Assembly: GCA_945865815.1 (NCBI GenBank)
Contig: CAMBFR010000009.1
Span: 689 to 64,688, forward strand
Source of the DNA: Candidatus Sulfopaludibacter sp. SbA3
GTDB taxonomy: Bacteria; Acidobacteriota; Terriglobia; 20CM-2-55-15
Length of the DNA: 64,000 nt
Reading direction: 5' to 3'
Shown here: positions 59,883 to 64,000 of the stretch, in pieces
Layout of the letters: each line of letters begins with the position of its first letter
How positions within the stretch are numbered: the first letter of the stretch is position 1
Program-made: the position numbers and the translations under genes
The notes under the pieces: generated by a model
Seen by the model: only the letters and a program-made list of their open reading frames with translations
What the model was told of the DNA's origin: nothing
Databases searched by the model: none

Positions 59883-62616
59883 TCACAGGTTTCCTTACCA
59901 ATGGAAATTCCAATTTGAAGGATGTGCCCCGTCCGGGCGCGCTTTCCACGGATATGTTTCCCGCGTGTTCCTGGACGATGCCGTAACTCACAGACAATCC
60001 CAATCCGGTTCCTTTTCCGACAGCCTTGGTCGTAAAGAACGGATCGTAGATCTTCTTGATGTTTTCATGACTGATACCTGTGCCGGTATCCAATACCGTT
60101 ACTTCAATCTTCGACTCGAACGATTTCGTACCGATCTCGAGTACGCCGCCATCGGCCATCGCATCGCGCGCATTTACGAATAAGTTCAGGAACACCTGCT
60201 GCAACTGTCCGGCGTTCCCGAACGTTATGGGATACTCGGCATCGAGTCTTCGCTCAACCATGATTCGTGCGGCTTTGAACTGATGATCCAGCAGCGAGAG
60301 GGTCTCGTTGATTATTTGGTGAATGTCGATTTCGGCGAATTCAGTAGCGCTCGTGCGAGAAAAATTGAGGAGGCCATTCACAATCTCAGAGGCGCGGAAT
60401 GTCTGCTTTGTGATCTTGTCAAGAAGCTTGTAGCGCGGGTCCTCCGAGCTGATCTCTTTTCTCAGCATCTGCGAGTAGTTAGAGATGACCGCCAGCGGAG
60501 TGTTCACTTCGTGCGCGACTCCCGCCGCCAGCAGTCCGATGGATGTCAGTTTCTCGTTCTGGATGAGCTGATCTTCCAGTCGAACACGTCCCGTAATGTC
60601 GTCGATGATGATCAGCGTGCCACGCGTCAAGCCGGACTTGTCCACGAGCGAAGTGGCCGAGAAATTAACCATCAGACCGTTCCACTGCTGCCTGTAAAGA
60701 TGCTTATGCTCGGAAAGCCGCTGCAGGAAGTCCTTCGGGATCAGCAGCTCGGTTCGCCTGCGCAATGCTGCGTTCCGGTGCAGTCCGGTTAGCCGTTCCA
60801 GGGCCCTGTTCCAGCCTACAATGCGGCCATCGACATCCTCTACAACAACACCGACGTTGATCGACTCGATGATGTTCTCGCTGAAATCTTTCAGGCTCTG
60901 ATACTCGCTCGCTTTCTGCTCGAGTGACTGGTAAAGCTGCGCGTTCTCCAGGGCGATACCCACGTAGTCCGAAACGGTCTCGAGCAGCTCGAGATCTTCG
61001 CTGGTCAGATAATCACCGTTCTGCGTTCGTCCAAGTCCGATATATGCAATCACTCGATCCTTCGCGCGGCATGGAACGAAGTAGTTCAAACCGTGCAGAT
61101 CGGTCTCAAAGAGAATATATGGACGGTCTATCGAAGACTTCAGGAATGAAAAATCGGCGTTGCCGGGAATTGTCAGGCCCGTTGAGCGTGCCGGAATGAA
61201 TCGAGAAGGATCGAGCGGATTTTCCAGGAAAACGGCGGCGCGGCTGACCAGAAGAGCGCGGCCCAGCCGATCCACGATCCGATCGAGCAGGCTGTCGAGA
61301 CGAACTTCCGAATTCAGCGTACGCCCGAAGTCGATCAGCGTCTGCCGGACATCGTAACGGCCCCGATAGAAGAACTTGTCGAGCCACACCTGAAAGCGAT
61401 CTTTGATGGGCGCGAAAAGAACAGCCGCCACGATCATCGCCACGACACGGGCAACGACGCCAAGCGCCTCGAATCCCGAACCCAGTAACTCGCCCACAAG
61501 GACCACGAATGTAGCGTACACACCAAGTATCGACGCGGTTGCGAGCGTATACGTAACTCCGCGCTTGAAGATAATGTCTACATCCATCAACCGGTATCGG
61601 TGGATGGCATACCCGAAAGAGACCGGTATCAGGACCAGCGGATAAACAGCCAGCTCCAGCGACACATCGGACTCAATACCAACCAATCTTGGAACCGATT
61701 GCAGCAGGAAGTACGGCAATACAGCGAGAGCCGTTCCGCGAGTCACCCACTTCATCTGCTGGCGCAATTCCGGAACCTGAACTGTTCGATAGGTATAGGC
61801 CAATACGCCGGCACTCAAGACAAAATAGAACCCCAGATGGAAATCGTTCAGATTCTCAAGCAGGCTTCGAAGCACCAGCGGTGACGGAATAAAATCCAAT
61901 ATCCCGCTAATGAACCCCGTCCAAGCCAGGAAGAGAGCCAGGCCCGGCGCATAAATGCACGCAATAATTCCGGGCTTGAGCTTCAGCCAACTCTTTTCCA
62001 TCGGAAACTTGAGGCAGAAATGCAGGAATAGCGGGGGAAGCGCCAGGTATGCGGCCAGGTTGACCCAGTAAATCGTCCAGTCAAACCCATTGAACTTGCC
62101 CGTATAGTCAAAGACGTAGAAGACAAAAGAAATGAGGCAAACGTAGTAAAAATGCACTGCCTGTGGAGCGCGCGAGCGCCGGATCAGAACGAAGATCCCG
62201 ACAAGCAGATACAGCGATCCGATGATTTCCAGCGGGCGCTGCCATGCCAAACGCTTCTCCGGGGGCGCAACCACGACAGTGGTCTCAAACGTGGACCCGT
62301 TTCTCTCAACGGTGTAAGTCGCCTTGGACCAGATGCCCAACTCGTACAGGATTTGCGTCACATGACGGTCATTCAGGACCGGACGGCTGTTGATCGCGCT
62401 AAGGAAGTCACCTTTCTGGATACCTGCTTTCTCGGCGGGTCCATCCTTTACTATCAGGCGAGCCTGTATTCCTCCGGAACCCTGAATCCAGGACACTCCG
62501 TCATCCGGCGCAATCCACTGCCGCTTCTGCTCAATGTTCAGGCCGCCAAGAACAAGAAGGGCAGCCGTGAGCAGCGCCGTGCCGATATATCTGAGAGTGA
62601 ATATCTTTCGTCCCAT
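59875..62616 (-). CDS. sensor histidine kinase with N-terminal periplasmic PDZ domain and multi-TM module
   Basis: Signal anchor, PDZ-like region (GIQKGDFLSAINSRPV), about 7 TM helices, GAF/PAS region, H-box VAHEVNTPL, and an HATPase_c domain with GTGLGLS. Overlaps the response-regulator gene by 8 nt. Confidence 0.85.
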   Translation of the reverse strand: MGRKIFTLRYIGTALLTAALLVLGGLNIEQKRQWIAPDDGVSWIQGSGGIQARLIVKDGPAEKAGIQKGDFLSAINSRPVLNDRHVTQILYELGIWSKATYTVERNGSTFETTVVVAPPEKRLAWQRPLEIIGSLYLLVGIFVLIRRSRAPQAVHFYYVCLISFVFYVFDYTGKFNGFDWTIYWVNLAAYLALPPLFLHFCLKFPMEKSWLKLKPGIIACIYAPGLALFLAWTGFISGILDFIPSPLVLRSLLENLNDFHLGFYFVLSAGVLAYTYRTVQVPELRQQMKWVTRGTALAVLPYFLLQSVPRLVGIESDVSLELAVYPLVLIPVSFGYAIHRYRLMDVDIIFKRGVTYTLATASILGVYATFVVLVGELLGSGFEALGVVARVVAMIVAAVLFAPIKDRFQVWLDKFFYRGRYDVRQTLIDFGRTLNSEVRLDSLLDRIVDRLGRALLVSRAAVFLENPLDPSRFIPARSTGLTIPGNADFSFLKSSIDRPYILFETDLHGLNYFVPCRAKDRVIAYIGLGRTQNGDYLTSEDLELLETVSDYVGIALENAQLYQSLEQKASEYQSLKDFSENIIESINVGVVVEDVDGRIVGWNRALERLTGLHRNAALRRRTELLIPKDFLQRLSEHKHLYRQQWNGLMVNFSATSLVDKSGLTRGTLIIIDDITGRVRLEDQLIQNEKLTSIGLLAAGVAHEVNTPLAVISNYSQMLRKEISSEDPRYKLLDKITKQTFRASEIVNGLLNFSRTSATEFAEIDIHQIINETLSLLDHQFKAARIMVERRLDAEYPITFGNAGQLQQVFLNLFVNARDAMADGGVLEIGTKSFESKIEVTVLDTGTGISHENIKKIYDPFFTTKAVGKGTGLGLSVSYGIVQEHAGNISVESAPGRGTSFKLEFPLVRKPVNV

Positions 62617-62777
62617 TGACTTGACGCGGAGCGTTCGAAAACCGACTCCGGTTTAGCAAACAGACTTCCAAAAAACAGTAAAGACTTGGCTAAGGTTAGC
62701 CTTTTCAGCGCCCAACTGAATATGATTTTCTGGATTAGTGTACAAGAACACACACCTGGCCCGACCACTACGACCGC

Positions 62778-64000
62778 TCAAAACTTTATATTGATACCAC
62801 CTTTGACCAAGCGGGGATATTGGGCAACCGGCGTCTGGTTGGGTCCGAAGGAGTGTTCGAACAGGTTTCTGGCATCGAGAATTGCTTGAATGGTGCCTGG
62901 GAACATCCGCCAACCCGGCAGGTTCTGTGCCACGGTAAGGCTCAGTGTCGGATCGTTGTATTCAAACAACTGCTGATAGGAGTCGATGCGAGATGCCGAG
63001 AAACCCGACGTCCAACGATAGATAGCGGTGATCTCCGTGTTGGTTGTGTCGACGTCCGCCTTGAAACGCGCCGAAACAACCTGGAACTGCCTGGCGACCA
63101 TCTGTTTTCGCAGTTCGTTGGGATCCGCTGAAGCCATTTTGATCCCAATACCGTTTGCCGACGTGTATCCGATTCCAGTCTCAACATTCCGGAATCGTCG
63201 ATTCATGTGCAATCGGAATCCCTGCGAAGGACGATTGCGCGTATCGAAAATCACGACGCCCTGACGGTTCTCGCCGGTACTTACAAAGAGCGCCTGGGTG
63301 TCGGTTCTGTCGCGAAAAATGGCCGCAGCAAGTTCGAGATTCTCAGTAACCACCCGCGATACGGCCAGCTCGGCATGCGAATAGCGTTCGAGAGCGGGAG
63401 GCACATACAGCGTTCGGTCGAAATATTCCTTGCCGCGAATCGGATCATCGACGGCAGCCGGGGCTTGAGTGGTCGCACTCGCCGTGAAAGTGGTGCGCGC
63501 CTCCGGAACCCATGAGATCCCGAACTTCGGACGAAGATAATTTCGGTTGGATGCAGCTTCGGCGCGGCCGATCGCTGCGCCGTAGGTGAACACAATGTGG
63601 TCCGACCACTGCACGTCTTCGCCGTACTCCACCTGTACTTCCCTCAGTGAGCTTGCCTGCAGTGGATCGGCGAACAGGGCGCCCTGCCGAACTTTCACGC
63701 CAATCTGTGATCGATGCCGATCTGTCGGTGCGAATTCATACGTGGCCCCGAATCCGCGAGGCTCAGTCGGCGATTCGCTGTACTGGCCGTTCAATGTGAA
63801 CTGCGACTTGGGAGCGAGTGGCATGGTAACGGAAAACTGGGAACCGACTCCGTCTTGAGCCCCGGCACTCGTCTCCACCGACTTGGAGTAGACCTGAAAA
63901 TAGCCCGAATACTCGGGCGACTGCTGCTGCGTATCAAAGGTCTGTTCCCGCGACTGGTTCTCTGTCAAGCGCAGGACAGGCTGTGTTGAACGTGAACTGC
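62778..64000 (-). CDS. outer-membrane beta-barrel protein of unknown function (5' end probably beyond the window)
   Basis: Alternating amphipathic beta-strand pattern. C-terminus ...GGINIKF, a terminal Phe as in an OMP sorting signal. The reading frame stays open upstream of TTG 63968 to the window end. Confidence 0.55.
   Translation of the reverse strand, partial: SSRSTQPVLRLTENQSREQTFDTQQQSPEYSGYFQVYSKSVETSAGAQDGVGSQFSVTMPLAPKSQFTLNGQYSESPTEPRGFGATYEFAPTDRHRSQIGVKVRQGALFADPLQASSLREVQVEYGEDVQWSDHIVFTYGAAIGRAEAASNRNYLRPKFGISWVPEARTTFTASATTQAPAAVDDPIRGKEYFDRTLYVPPALERYSHAELAVSRVVTENLELAAAIFRDRTDTQALFVSTGENRQGVVIFDTRNRPSQGFRLHMNRRFRNVETGIGYTSANGIGIKMASADPNELRKQMVARQFQVVSARFKADVDTTNTEITAIYRWTSGFSASRIDSYQQLFEYNDPTLSLTVAQNLPGWRMFPGTIQAILDARNLFEHSFGPNQTPVAQYPRLVKGGINIKF

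Overview
High-GC (~62-65%) chromosomal segment with about 66 genes. The gene content and the heavy antisense-ORF background point to an Acidobacteria-like Gram-negative, but that phylum assignment is inference only. Recognisable housekeeping genes: rpmB; bamA followed by a periplasmic chaperone gene and tamB; rel with ridA; tonB-exbB-exbD-exbD plus a TPR lipoprotein; tgt-yajC-secD-secF; a biotin carboxylase with its BCCP; a methylmalonyl-CoA-mutase-type catalytic subunit; pta; and tRNA-Ser(GCU). Accessory or unusual modules between them: (1) a translationally coupled operon of four protease genes (an active plus an inactive M16 subunit, TldD, PmbA) followed by a membrane protein; (2) a metallophosphoesterase, a CPBP intramembrane protease, and a BchI-like AAA+ ATPase with a non-canonical P-loop paired with a vWA protein; (3) directly after that pair, a previously unannotatable 18-codon gene for a poly-Lys/Ala peptide with a textbook SD and intrinsic terminator, divergent from a HlyD adaptor plus a permease-less ABC ATPase; (4) a REP-like palindromic repeat family in four copies, one inverted pair lying next to the tRNA; (5) a secreted FGE-domain protein start/stop-coupled to an SBP-less FecCD/FecE importer; (6) a toxin-antitoxin islet (DUF4258 toxin, a frameshifted small gene, a GNAT protein, an antitoxin/ParE pair); (7) a small-membrane-protein / ECF-sigma / zinc-finger anti-sigma operon upstream of a 945-aa TPR-CHAT protease; (8) a PDZ-multiTM histidine kinase with a sigma-54 response regulator. 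No CRISPR array, rRNA, transposase or integrase gene was seen. Many long opposite-strand ORFs in the track are GC-driven artefacts and were rejected.
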